NCBI GenBank assembly: GCA_947630625.1
Contig: CANRIL010000009.1
Coordinates: 15,284-79,283 of the forward strand
Direction of reading: 5' to 3'
Source of the DNA: an uncultured Clostridia bacterium
Lineage (GTDB): Bacteria > Bacillota > Clostridia > Oscillospirales > CAG-272
Length of the DNA: 64,000 nucleotides
Notes under the pieces: model-generated
The model's database searches: none
Seen by the model: the letters and a program-made list of their open reading frames with translations, nothing else
Told to the model about the DNA's origin: nothing
Position numbers and translations under genes: made by a program
In this document: positions 56,078 through 64,000 of the stretch, piece after piece
Layout of the letters: every line of letters starts with the position of its first letter
Numbering within the stretch: the first letter of the stretch is position 1

Positions 56078-57583
56078 ATGGATATCAAAACGGCTGAAAA
56101 AACGTACAGGGATTATATGAAAAAGATCCGCGCGTACTCGCACGCGATGGGGATCATGACGTATGACAAGGTGACGGCTGCGCCGCGCGGCGCTGAGGCG
56201 CGCGTCTCGGAGTCGCTGGAAATACTGAACGAGGCGTCCTACAAGCTCGAAATGTCAAAGGAACTGTCGGAGGCGGTCGATTATCTTTACGACAACAGGG
56301 ATAAGCTCGACGCGAAGACGCGGCGCGAGATCGAGGTTTACCGCCGCGATATCGACTATGTAAGGAGCATCCCGGAGGACGAATATATCGCGTACATGGC
56401 GCTGACGAACGAGGCGTCCGACGTGTGGAGGTCGGCGAAGGAGAATGACGATTTCGCGTCATTTGCGCCGTATCTGCAAAAAATTTTCGACACCAACCGC
56501 AAGTTTGCGCTTTATTATAAGCCCGACAACGACCCGTATGACACGCTGCTCGACTTTTACGAGCGCGGACTTACGACCGCGCGGTGCGATGAGTTTTTCG
56601 GCGAGCTGAAGCGCGAGCTGATCCCGCTGATCTCGCGCGTCACCAAGGCAAAAGCCATAGACGACAGCTTCATGCACGCGCGCTTCCCGGTCGCCGGACA
56701 GCGCGAGCTGTCCGATTATGTGATGCAGGTCATGGCGATCGACCGCGGCAGATGCTCGATAGGCGAGACGGAGCATCCGTTCACCGAAAATTTCAGCAAG
56801 AACGACGTTCGCATCACGACGCATTATTACGAAGACGATCTGACGAATTCGATGTATTCCGTCGTCCACGAGGGCGGGCACGCGCTATACGAGCTCGGCT
56901 CCGGCGACGAATACGAGGGCACTTGCATCGCGGGCGGCGCGTCAATGGCGATACATGAGACGATCTCGCGCTTTTATGAAAATATAATCGGCAGAAGCGA
57001 GCCGTTCTGCCGCCTCATTTTCCCGCGCATACGCGAGCTGTTCCCGGAGGTGTTCTCAAACGTCAGCGACGTTGAATTTTACCGCGCGTGCTGCGTGAGC
57101 ACGCCGTCTCTTATACGCACGGCGGCGGACGAGCTGACGTATCCGCTCCATATAATCGTCCGCTATGAGATCGAGCGCGACATGATAGCAGGGCTTTACG
57201 GCGTTGACAGGATACCGGAGGTATGGCGGCAAAAATATAAGGAATATCTCGGAGTCGACGTGCCTGACGACAGAAGCGGCGCTTTGCAGGATTCGCACTG
57301 GTCGGGCGGCTCCGTCGGTTATTTCCCGACGTATGCGCTCGGCTCCGCTTACGGCGCGCAGATCTATTCCGTCATGAGCCGTGAGCTCGACATTCCGGCG
57401 GCAATATCGTCCGGCTCGACGAAGGCGATAAATGACTGGCTCGGCGAGCATATTTTCCGCCACGGCGCGATGTACGACCCGGACGTTTTATTCCGGATGT
57501 GCACGGGTGAAGAGTTTTCGCCGCGCTATTATATCGACTACCTGAAAGAAAAATACAGCCGCCTTTACGGGCTTGACGGCTGA
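56078..57583 (+). CDS. M32 (Taq-type) metallocarboxypeptidase
   Basis: HPFT motif (ETEHPFTENF), the HExxH zinc site (VVHEGGHALYE), ..HE.ISRFYEN.., and the IRV/TAADELTY region. Confidence 0.9.
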   Translation: MDIKTAEKTYRDYMKKIRAYSHAMGIMTYDKVTAAPRGAEARVSESLEILNEASYKLEMSKELSEAVDYLYDNRDKLDAKTRREIEVYRRDIDYVRSIPEDEYIAYMALTNEASDVWRSAKENDDFASFAPYLQKIFDTNRKFALYYKPDNDPYDTLLDFYERGLTTARCDEFFGELKRELIPLISRVTKAKAIDDSFMHARFPVAGQRELSDYVMQVMAIDRGRCSIGETEHPFTENFSKNDVRITTHYYEDDLTNSMYSVVHEGGHALYELGSGDEYEGTCIAGGASMAIHETISRFYENIIGRSEPFCRLIFPRIRELFPEVFSNVSDVEFYRACCVSTPSLIRTAADELTYPLHIIVRYEIERDMIAGLYGVDRIPEVWRQKYKEYLGVDVPDDRSGALQDSHWSGGSVGYFPTYALGSAYGAQIYSVMSRELDIPAAISSGSTKAINDWLGEHIFRHGAMYDPDVLFRMCTGEEFSPRYYIDYLKEKYSRLYGLDG

Positions 57584-57846
57584 TTTCGACCGTTCTCCGT
57601 CATGCGCGCGGCAAACGTCCGGCGGCGCTGTCTTCGTTGACCTCAAGGCAATCGATTCAAACAAAAGTTGCGGCGGCGGGGCTTGATTTTCTTGATTCAC
57701 ACGGCAAAAGCGTGCAAAATCGCGAAAAAATCATGCAGTGCAACCGAAAGTGGCGAAAAAATATAAATAAAACTTGGTTGCAAAGACCCTGACTTACATA
57801 ATATAATGTTATCATGAAACATATATCGAAAGGCTTTGATACATAA

Positions 57847-59481
57847 ATGAAGATCGGGGACAAAATAGCTTACTACCGCACCTCACTCGGAATATCGCAG
57901 GAGGAGCTTGCGGACACTCTCGGCGTTTCGCGCCAGGCGGTGTCAAAATGGGAGGTCGGACAGACCGAACCGAGGCTCGACAAGCTGCCCCAGCTCTGCG
58001 AGCTGTTTGGCATAACGACGGACGACATCATCCGCGAGGACGCGCCTTTAAGAGTCCGTGAGGCTGCCGTTGTCGGCGAAGGACTTACGGCGGGCAAATA
58101 TTTCGGGACGGACGGCTTCCGCGGAGAGGCGAACGGCGAGCTGACCGCGGAGCACGCGTTCAGGATCGGGCGCTTCCTCGGCTGGTATTTTGCTTCGCCC
58201 ATATCGGGCTGCCGCGACCGCAATTATAAACCGCGCATCACAATAGGAAAGGACACGCGGCTTTCGAGCTACATGCTTGAATACGCGATCGCCGCCGGTA
58301 TAACTTCGTCGGGAGCGGACGCGTATATGCTCCATGTCACGACGACGCCGAGCGTTTCATACGTCACGCGGACGGACGGCTTTGACTGCGGCGTTATGAT
58401 ATCGGCGTCCCACAACGTATATAGCGACAACGGGATAAAACTTATAAACCGCCATGGCGAGAAGATGGACGATTCTATCCTCGCGCTCGTCGAGGCGTAT
58501 ATTGACGGCAATCTCTCCGCGCTCTCCGTCGAGGGGGACGATATCCCGCTCGCCCATAAGGAGCGCATCGGCGCGATAATCGACTATGTTGCCGGAAGAA
58601 ACCGCTATGTCGGCTATCTCATATCAGTCGCCGCCCATTCGTACAGGAGCATAAAGGTCGGGCTTGACTGCGCGAACGGCGCTTCATGGAGAATTGCCCC
58701 GGCAGTGTTTGAGGCTCTGGGCGCTGAGGTGCACGTCATAAACACCCAGCCGGACGGCAGAAATATAAACAACGAAGCCGGTTCGACTCATATCGAGCAT
58801 CTCTGCCAATATGTCAAGGCGAACAGGCTCGATGTCGGCTTTGCCTTTGACGGCGACGCAGACCGCTGCATCGCGGTCGACGAAAACGGCGGCGTCGTCA
58901 ACGGCGACATGATAATGTATATCCTCGGCTGCCTATTAAAGCGGCGCGGCGTGCTTGAAAAGAACACGGTTGTCACGACGATCATGTCAAACGCCGGGCT
59001 TTACCGCGCATTCCGCGAGGTCGGGATCGACACGGTACAGACGACCGTCGGCGACAGGTACGTTTATGAAGAAATGCTCAGAAGCGGATATTCGCTCGGC
59101 GGCGAGCAGTCAGGCCATATAATCCTTCAGAAATACGCCACGACAGGCGACGGGATACTGACCGCCATCATGCTGATGGAGGAAATGCTCGAACGCAAAA
59201 CGACGCTCGGCAAGCTCGCCTCCGCCGTGACGATCTTCCCGCAGGTGCTCCGCAACGTAAAGGTCACGGACAAGGCCGCCGTCATGAACGACCCGGACGT
59301 TCTCGCGCGTGTAAAGGACATAGAGACCCGGTTCGGCGAGTCAGGAAGAGTCCTTCTGCGCAAGAGCGGCACGGAACCGCTGATCCGCGTCATGGCGGAA
59401 GGGGAAGACCCCGAAATGTGCGCCTCAGTCGTTGATGAGCTCATCGGGCTCATAAAGGAAAAGGGCTACGAGAGCAGATAA
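57847..59481 (+). CDS. glmM: XRE-family HTH domain fused in frame to full-length phosphoglucosamine mutase
   Basis: Residues 1-65 are a Cro/C1-type HTH (LGISQEELADTLGVSRQAVSKWEVGQ). From residue ~83 the canonical GlmM sequence follows: KYFGTDGFRGEAN, the phosphoserine loop SASHNVYSDNGIK, DGDADR, and GEQSGH. Confidence 0.9.
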   Translation: MKIGDKIAYYRTSLGISQEELADTLGVSRQAVSKWEVGQTEPRLDKLPQLCELFGITTDDIIREDAPLRVREAAVVGEGLTAGKYFGTDGFRGEANGELTAEHAFRIGRFLGWYFASPISGCRDRNYKPRITIGKDTRLSSYMLEYAIAAGITSSGADAYMLHVTTTPSVSYVTRTDGFDCGVMISASHNVYSDNGIKLINRHGEKMDDSILALVEAYIDGNLSALSVEGDDIPLAHKERIGAIIDYVAGRNRYVGYLISVAAHSYRSIKVGLDCANGASWRIAPAVFEALGAEVHVINTQPDGRNINNEAGSTHIEHLCQYVKANRLDVGFAFDGDADRCIAVDENGGVVNGDMIMYILGCLLKRRGVLEKNTVVTTIMSNAGLYRAFREVGIDTVQTTVGDRYVYEEMLRSGYSLGGEQSGHIILQKYATTGDGILTAIMLMEEMLERKTTLGKLASAVTIFPQVLRNVKVTDKAAVMNDPDVLARVKDIETRFGESGRVLLRKSGTEPLIRVMAEGEDPEMCASVVDELIGLIKEKGYESR

Positions 59482-59520
59482 TATGATTGACGGCAAGCAA
59501 AAGTTCGGGGGATAAAACAA

Positions 59521-60225
59521 GTGACAAACGATAAAATAAACGCGGGGAGCGAGGCACTTTTCACGGAGGCGCTGTTTGACCTCTCCCACACATCAATACC
59601 GGAACTGTTTTCCGGCTGCCGCTATCCGTGGGAGGCGCTGCCTTTGATCGCCCAGTATGTCAGATCATACGGCGAGAGCCTTTCGGAAGCGGAATATTAC
59701 AGTCCGAGCGAGGGAGTCTACATCTCGCGCGAGGCGAAGGTCGAGCCGACCGCGAGCATTGCGGGTCCCTGCGTCATCGAAGCGGGGGCGGAGGTGCGCC
59801 ACTGCGCCTACATCCGCGGTTCCGTCATCGTCGGCAAAGGCGCCGTCGTCGGAAATTCGACGGAGCTGAAAAACGCTGTCCTCTTTGACGGCGTTCAGGT
59901 GCCGCATTACAATTATGTCGGCGACTCGATCCTCGGATACCGCGCGCATATGGGGGCGGGCTCGATCGCCTCAAACGTCAAGGGAGACAAGAAAAACGTC
60001 GTCGTAAAAACGGCTGACGGCACGATCGAAACAGGACTGCGCAAGTTTGGCGCGATCCTTGGCGATTTTGCTGAGATCGGATGCGGCTCCGTGCTCAATC
60101 CGGGAACAGTCGTCGGCAGATGCGCCCGCGTCTATCCGCTTTCCTCCGTCCGGGGCTCTGTTCCCGCAGGTCACATATATAAGCATGCGGGCAAGATAGC
60201 AGAGATTATTCCTGACGCGGAATGA
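59521..60225 (+). CDS. left-handed beta-helix (hexapeptide) protein resembling the GlmU C-terminal acetyltransferase domain
   Basis: Hexapeptide repeats run through ..IAGPCVIEAGAEVRHCAYIRGSVIVGKGAVVGNSTELKNAVLFDGVQVPHYNYVGDSILG.. There is no N-terminal nucleotidyltransferase domain. GTG start. Confidence 0.75.
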   Translation: MTNDKINAGSEALFTEALFDLSHTSIPELFSGCRYPWEALPLIAQYVRSYGESLSEAEYYSPSEGVYISREAKVEPTASIAGPCVIEAGAEVRHCAYIRGSVIVGKGAVVGNSTELKNAVLFDGVQVPHYNYVGDSILGYRAHMGAGSIASNVKGDKKNVVVKTADGTIETGLRKFGAILGDFAEIGCGSVLNPGTVVGRCARVYPLSSVRGSVPAGHIYKHAGKIAEIIPDAE

Positions 60226-60309
60226 TCCCGCATTTTAGGACAAATAAATTAAATTGATCCCGGCGCTGCCATGGCGGCGCCGGTTTTCGAGAACAGGAGG
60301 GAGCAGGAT

Positions 60310-61410
60310 TTGGCAAAGCTATTAGTCGTCTTCGGGACAAGACCGGAGGCCATCAAAATGTGCCCTCTTGTGCGCGAGTTCCGCGCGCGCGGCTGGGCGG
60401 ATGTCAGAGTCGCCGTGACGGGACAGCACCGCGAAATGCTCGATCAGGTGCTCTCTCTCTTTGACGTTTCACCGGAATATGACCTTCAGATAATGCAGAC
60501 GGGGCAGACGCTGTTTGATATATCGACGCGCGTGCTCAACGGAATGAAAAGCGTGCTTGAGGATTTCGCGCCCGATCTCGTATTCGTTCACGGCGACACG
60601 ACGACCGCGTTTGTCTCGGCGCTTGCCGCGTTTTATTTCGGTATTCCCGTCGCGCACGTCGAGGCGGGGCTGCGCACGCACAATATTTATTCGCCGTTCC
60701 CGGAGGAATTCAACAGACAAGCGATCGGGATCGTCGCGAAATATAACTTTGCCCCGACGCGATGGGCTGAACAAAATCTGCTCCGCGAGGGAAAACCGCA
60801 GAGCACCGTTTTCGTCACCGGAAACACTGTCATCGACGCGCTTAAAACGACCGTCCGGGACGATTACAAAAGCGAGATAACGAACTGGGCGGCGGGGTCA
60901 AGGCTGATTCTGATGACGGCGCACAGGCGGGAAAACATCGGGGAACCGATGAAGAGAATGTTCCGCGCCGTCCGCCGCGTTGTTGACGAATACGAGGACA
61001 TAAAGCTCGTTTATCCTGTCCACCCGAATCCCGCCGTCCGCGGCGCGGCATATGAGCTGCTCGGCGAAAGCGAGCGGATAAAGCTGATCGAGCCGCTTGA
61101 CGCTTACGATTTTCACAACCTGATGAACCGCTCGTATTTCATCATATCGGACAGCGGCGGAGTTCAGGAGGAAGCGTCCGCGCTTGGTAAGCCCGTGCTC
61201 GTCATGCGCGACACGACGGAGCGCCCGGAAGGGCTCGAGGCGGGGACTCTCCGGCTCGTCGGCACAGACGAAAACGTCATATATTCCGCGTGCCGTGAAC
61301 TGCTCGACAGCCGGGACGAATACGAAAAGATGAGCCGTGCAAGCAATCCCTACGGTGACGGGACGGCGAGCGCGAACATTGCAGACATAGTCGAAAAGGA
61401 ATATAAATGA
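60310..61410 (+). CDS. wecB: UDP-N-acetylglucosamine 2-epimerase (non-hydrolysing)
   Basis: VVFGTRPEAIKM, HVEAGLRT, TDSGGVQEEA-like SDSGGVQEEASALGKPVLVMR, NPYGDG. TTG 60310 has AGGAGGGA 8 nt upstream. ATG 60271 lies inside the preceding terminator-like hairpin (CCGGCGC/GCGCCGG + TTTT). Confidence 0.92.
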   Translation: MAKLLVVFGTRPEAIKMCPLVREFRARGWADVRVAVTGQHREMLDQVLSLFDVSPEYDLQIMQTGQTLFDISTRVLNGMKSVLEDFAPDLVFVHGDTTTAFVSALAAFYFGIPVAHVEAGLRTHNIYSPFPEEFNRQAIGIVAKYNFAPTRWAEQNLLREGKPQSTVFVTGNTVIDALKTTVRDDYKSEITNWAAGSRLILMTAHRRENIGEPMKRMFRAVRRVVDEYEDIKLVYPVHPNPAVRGAAYELLGESERIKLIEPLDAYDFHNLMNRSYFIISDSGGVQEEASALGKPVLVMRDTTERPEGLEAGTLRLVGTDENVIYSACRELLDSRDEYEKMSRASNPYGDGTASANIADIVEKEYK

Positions 61411-61426
61411 CGGGAGGGCATAAAAA

Positions 61427-61993
61427 ATGAGCGCTTCATCAGCTATAACGGCACAGCTGGCGCTTTCGCGCCTGCGCGAAGGAAACGACAAATACATTGA
61501 ATCAAAAAAGCCGGACGGGGATATTTCCCCGGAAATACGCTACAGGACGGCGCGCGAGGGACAGGCTCCCTACGCCGTCATAATTACATGCTCCGATTCA
61601 AGGGTCATACCGGAATGTATCTTCTCGGCGGGGATAGGCGAGCTGTTTGTGATCCGCGTCGCCGGAAACGTCGTCGGCGAGCATGAGCTCGGCAGCGTTG
61701 AATATGCCGTCGATCACCTTGGCTGCCGCCTCGTCGTCGTGCTCGGACACACGCACTGCGGCGCCGTCGGGGCGGCGATCAGCCATCCGCAGGAGGGATT
61801 CGTAAAGTCGATCACAGACGAGATCAGCGCCGCCATCGGCGGTGAGAAGGACGACAGGGCGGCGTCTGAGCTCAATGTCCGGCACAGCGTCGCGGTGATC
61901 ATGCAGAGCATCGGCGGGGCGCTTGACAAAACAGGCTGCCGCGCCGTCGGCGCGGTCTACGATATCGAGTCCGGAAAAGTTGATTTTATATAA
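61427..61993 (+). CDS. beta-class carbonic anhydrase
   Basis: Zinc ligands CSDSRV and GHTHCGAV. Confidence 0.9.
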   Translation: MSASSAITAQLALSRLREGNDKYIESKKPDGDISPEIRYRTAREGQAPYAVIITCSDSRVIPECIFSAGIGELFVIRVAGNVVGEHELGSVEYAVDHLGCRLVVVLGHTHCGAVGAAISHPQEGFVKSITDEISAAIGGEKDDRAASELNVRHSVAVIMQSIGGALDKTGCRAVGAVYDIESGKVDFI

Positions 61994-61999
61994 AAAACA

Positions 62000-62036
62000 A
62001 AGGCTGCTCCCGCTTTTTGTACGGGGGCAGCTTTTT
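62000..62036. terminator. bidirectional terminator between carbonic anhydrase (+) and the TetR gene (-)
   Basis: A 13-bp stem AAGGCTGCTCCCG-ctttttgta-CGGGGGCAGCTTT with A/T runs on both sides. Confidence 0.6.
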
Positions 62037-62045
62037 ATCATAATG

Positions 62046-62636
62046 TCACGGCTGCTTTTCGGTGAACGCGTTTTTTCCGAATATGCCGGCGAGCGAATCC
62101 CTTATCGCGACGGTGAGATACCGCGTTACGGCGTCTCTGTCGCGGCGGCTGCGGTCGCGCACCCACTCGATAAGGATGCCGGAAACGGCGCTTGAGTAAA
62201 ATTCACATAGAAAATCGCGGTAGCCCGGTTCAAGCCTGACGCCGACGCGTTCCTCAATTTCTTCGATCACGGAGCGGCAAATGTCGATGAAATCAGACAT
62301 GAAGAAGCGGCGCAGCCCGTCCCGACCGAGCGCGTCATACGCGCAGTTGAGGATGTGGTCGTTTTCCTCGACGTAGTTCATGACAAAAATTATCGCCTCG
62401 TCAAAATCGAGCAGCAGATCAAAGCTGCGGACGACCTCGACCGATTCCTCCTCTAACATCCAGCGTAATAGGTCGTATATGTCCTCGAAGTGATAGTAGA
62501 ACGTCTTGCGGTTTATGCCGCAGTCAGAAATCAGCTCGCTGACCGTTATCTTCTGAAACGGCTTTTTGCTCATCGCCCGCTTGAGCGATTCGGCGAGCGC
62601 CTTTTTCGTTTGAAGTGAGATCTCCTCGTGTTTCAT
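62046..62636 (-). CDS. TetR/AcrR-family transcriptional regulator
   Basis: HTH ..KPFQKITVSELISDCGINRKTFYYHFEDIYDLL... ATG 62636 has GGAGG upstream. Confidence 0.88.
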   Translation of the reverse strand: MKHEEISLQTKKALAESLKRAMSKKPFQKITVSELISDCGINRKTFYYHFEDIYDLLRWMLEEESVEVVRSFDLLLDFDEAIIFVMNYVEENDHILNCAYDALGRDGLRRFFMSDFIDICRSVIEEIEERVGVRLEPGYRDFLCEFYSSAVSGILIEWVRDRSRRDRDAVTRYLTVAIRDSLAGIFGKNAFTEKQP

Positions 62637-62752
62637 CGTCACACCTCCGGATATTATTATACACATTTCGACGACGTTTGCAAGATGATTTTACGGTCAG
62701 GTGTGTAATAAATTTATGCCACAAATGTGGTACGTTTGTCCGCAAATTACCC

Positions 62753-62766
62753 AAAACGCGCGTTTT
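62753..62766. promoter_or_regulatory. perfect 14-bp palindrome, candidate TetR operator
   Basis: AAAACGCGCGTTTT sits in the divergent TetR / small-protein-MMPL intergenic region. The inverted repeats CCACA-aa-TGTGG (62719-62730) and GGTATA-aaa-TATACC (62791-62805) lie nearby. Confidence 0.3.
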
Positions 62767-62826
62767 GTCCGTTTTTCTTTTATCGCGTCAGGTATAAAAT
62801 ATACCGCGAAGGGGAGGTAATGAAAA

Positions 62827-63123
62827 ATGGACTCCAGACGATACAACATCTCTATGCAGACTCCTATCGGAAAAAAATACGGGACGCTGACTGTCAGCAA
62901 GGACGACGGCGTCCTGACGGGCGAGCTCGGCGTCATGAACCACAGCGAGCCGTTTCACGGCACGATAGACAGCGACGGCACCTGTCACATCGAGGGAACG
63001 ATCGTGACGCTGCTGCGCACGGTCAATTATACGGCTACAGGTTCAATAAACGAGGACGGCGTGCGCCTTTTTGTCGTCGCGGCGAACCACACTTTTGAAG
63101 TGACGGGGGAGGCGACGGCGTGA
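62827..63123 (+). CDS. hypothetical small protein (98 aa), translationally coupled to the MMPL transporter
   Basis: GGGGAGG RBS 8 nt upstream. Beta-strand-rich sequence (..KKYGTLTVSKDDGVLTGELGVMNHSEPFHGTIDSDGTCHIEGTIVT..). The stop overlaps the next start (GTGA). Confidence 0.55.
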   Translation: MDSRRYNISMQTPIGKKYGTLTVSKDDGVLTGELGVMNHSEPFHGTIDSDGTCHIEGTIVTLLRTVNYTATGSINEDGVRLFVVAANHTFEVTGEATA

Positions 63124-64000
63124 GGCGGTTTTACTCGTTCATCGTAAAGCATAAATACGCGGTGCTCGCCGTGTTTGCGCCGCTGTTCGTTTTATGTCTG
63201 ATCCTTGGCAGGCTCGTGAGCGTCAATTACGACATAAACGATTATCTTCCGCCCGATACGCATTCGACCGTGTCGATATCAGTTATGTCGGAGGAATTTT
63301 CCGGCGGCATACCGAACACGCGCGTGATGGTAAAAGACGTGACCGTGCCTGAGGCGCTTCAAATCAAGGAAAAAATAAAGGGCGTGGAGGGCGTGACATC
63401 GGTCACATGGCTCGACGACGCCGCCGACATCAGGACGCCGCTCTCAATGCTCGACGAGGACACCGTGAGGTCATATTACCGCGACTCGACGGCGCTCTTC
63501 ACGGTCACGATAGACGAAGAATACTACATACCGGCGACGGAGGACATAAGGGAGCTCATCGGCGACGACAACAGAATGACGGGCAGCTCCGTTTCGATCG
63601 CCGCGACAACGACGGGCACCGTCGCCGAAATCGGCAAGATCGCCTCGTTCGCGGTGCTGTTCGTATTCGCGGTGCTTATATTCACAACGTATTCGTGGCT
63701 TGACCCGCTGCTCGTTCTCGGCGGGCTCGGCGTCGCGATCGTGATCAACAGCGGAACGAATATAATTTTCGGCGAGATATCGTTCGTGACGAACGCCGCC
63801 GGAGCGATACTCCAGCTCGCCGTCTCACTTGATTATTCCGTTTTTCTGCTGCACCGCTTCAAGGAATGCCGGGATGAGATCGGGGAGCCGGGAGAGGCGA
63901 TGGTCGACGCGCTTGTGAAATCGACCTCTTCAATACTGTCAAGCGGACTGACGACGGTCATCGGCTTCCTCGCGCTCGTACTCATGCAGTTCCGGATAGG
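63120..64000 (+). CDS. MMPL/RND-superfamily membrane transporter (3' end outside window)
   Basis: My own translation from GTG 63120 gives MRRFYSFIVKHKYAVLAVFAPLFVL.., a periplasmic loop, then TM bundle ..SFVTNAAGAILQLAVSLDYSVFLLHRFKE.., which is typical of MMPL proteins. The frame stays open to the window edge. Confidence 0.8.
   Translation, partial: MRRFYSFIVKHKYAVLAVFAPLFVLCLILGRLVSVNYDINDYLPPDTHSTVSISVMSEEFSGGIPNTRVMVKDVTVPEALQIKEKIKGVEGVTSVTWLDDAADIRTPLSMLDEDTVRSYYRDSTALFTVTIDEEYYIPATEDIRELIGDDNRMTGSSVSIAATTTGTVAEIGKIASFAVLFVFAVLIFTTYSWLDPLLVLGGLGVAIVINSGTNIIFGEISFVTNAAGAILQLAVSLDYSVFLLHRFKECRDEIGEPGEAMVDALVKSTSSILSSGLTTVIGFLALVLMQFRI

Noticed and set aside
57584-57846. A glmS-type ribozyme or other riboswitch in the 263-nt region upstream of HTH-glmM.
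   Set aside because: I could find no conserved core or convincing extended pairing. The glmS ribozyme is associated with glmS, not glmM. The region contains a plausible promoter (TTGCAA ... TATAAT near 57778-57808) and is otherwise unstructured by eye.
1-64000. A prophage, integrative element, defence island or toxin-antitoxin module.
   Set aside because: I found no integrase, recombinase, transposase, phage structural gene, restriction-modification gene, nuclease/ATPase pair or small paired TA-like ORFs. Apart from short AT-rich promoter gaps, composition and gene content are those of conserved core chromosome.

Overview
This 64-kb window looks like core chromosome of a moderately high-GC Firmicute, Clostridia-like by gene content: glgD, yqeK, tig-clpP-clpX, an LCP gene between yqeK and rsfS. 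Almost all of it is densely packed, recognisable housekeeping genes:
- infC-rpmI-rplT
- dprA-topA-trmFO-plsX-rnc-(Elp3-like radical SAM)-smc-ftsY
- rdgB-yhbY-nadD-yqeK-LCP-rsfS, then leuS
- a complete glycogen cluster: glgB-DUF1287-glgC-glgD-glgA-glgP-GH13
- tig-clpP-clpX on the minus strand
- lepB-rbgA-rnhB-yraN on the minus strand, divergent from rplS
- ligA, guaB, one tRNA-Val(GAC), ldhA-like, carD, nadE, an M32 carboxypeptidase
- an amino-sugar cluster: HTH-glmM, GlmU-C-like, wecB
- carbonic anhydrase and a TetR / small protein / MMPL module running off the 3' edge

I see no integrase, transposase, CRISPR array, reverse transcriptase or defence-type gene cluster. I cannot honestly claim a new multi-gene system here.

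The leads worth a second look are:
1. A self-contained promoter / ~200-nt rod-like hairpin / terminator unit in an AT-rich island next to tRNA-Val. It is a candidate 6S-like or novel sRNA, followed by an orphan 135-aa gene.
2. An in-frame XRE-HTH::GlmM fusion.
3. Two independent tandem copies of gene 3' ends. One keeps a coding-like substitution pattern.
4. A signal peptidase I with a ~200-aa N-terminal extension built on perfect-period 60-bp repeats.
5. A long clpP-clpX spacer carrying 17-bp direct repeats.
6. A probable leaderless ligA.

All calls come from reading the translations and the sequence by eye. No searches were run.
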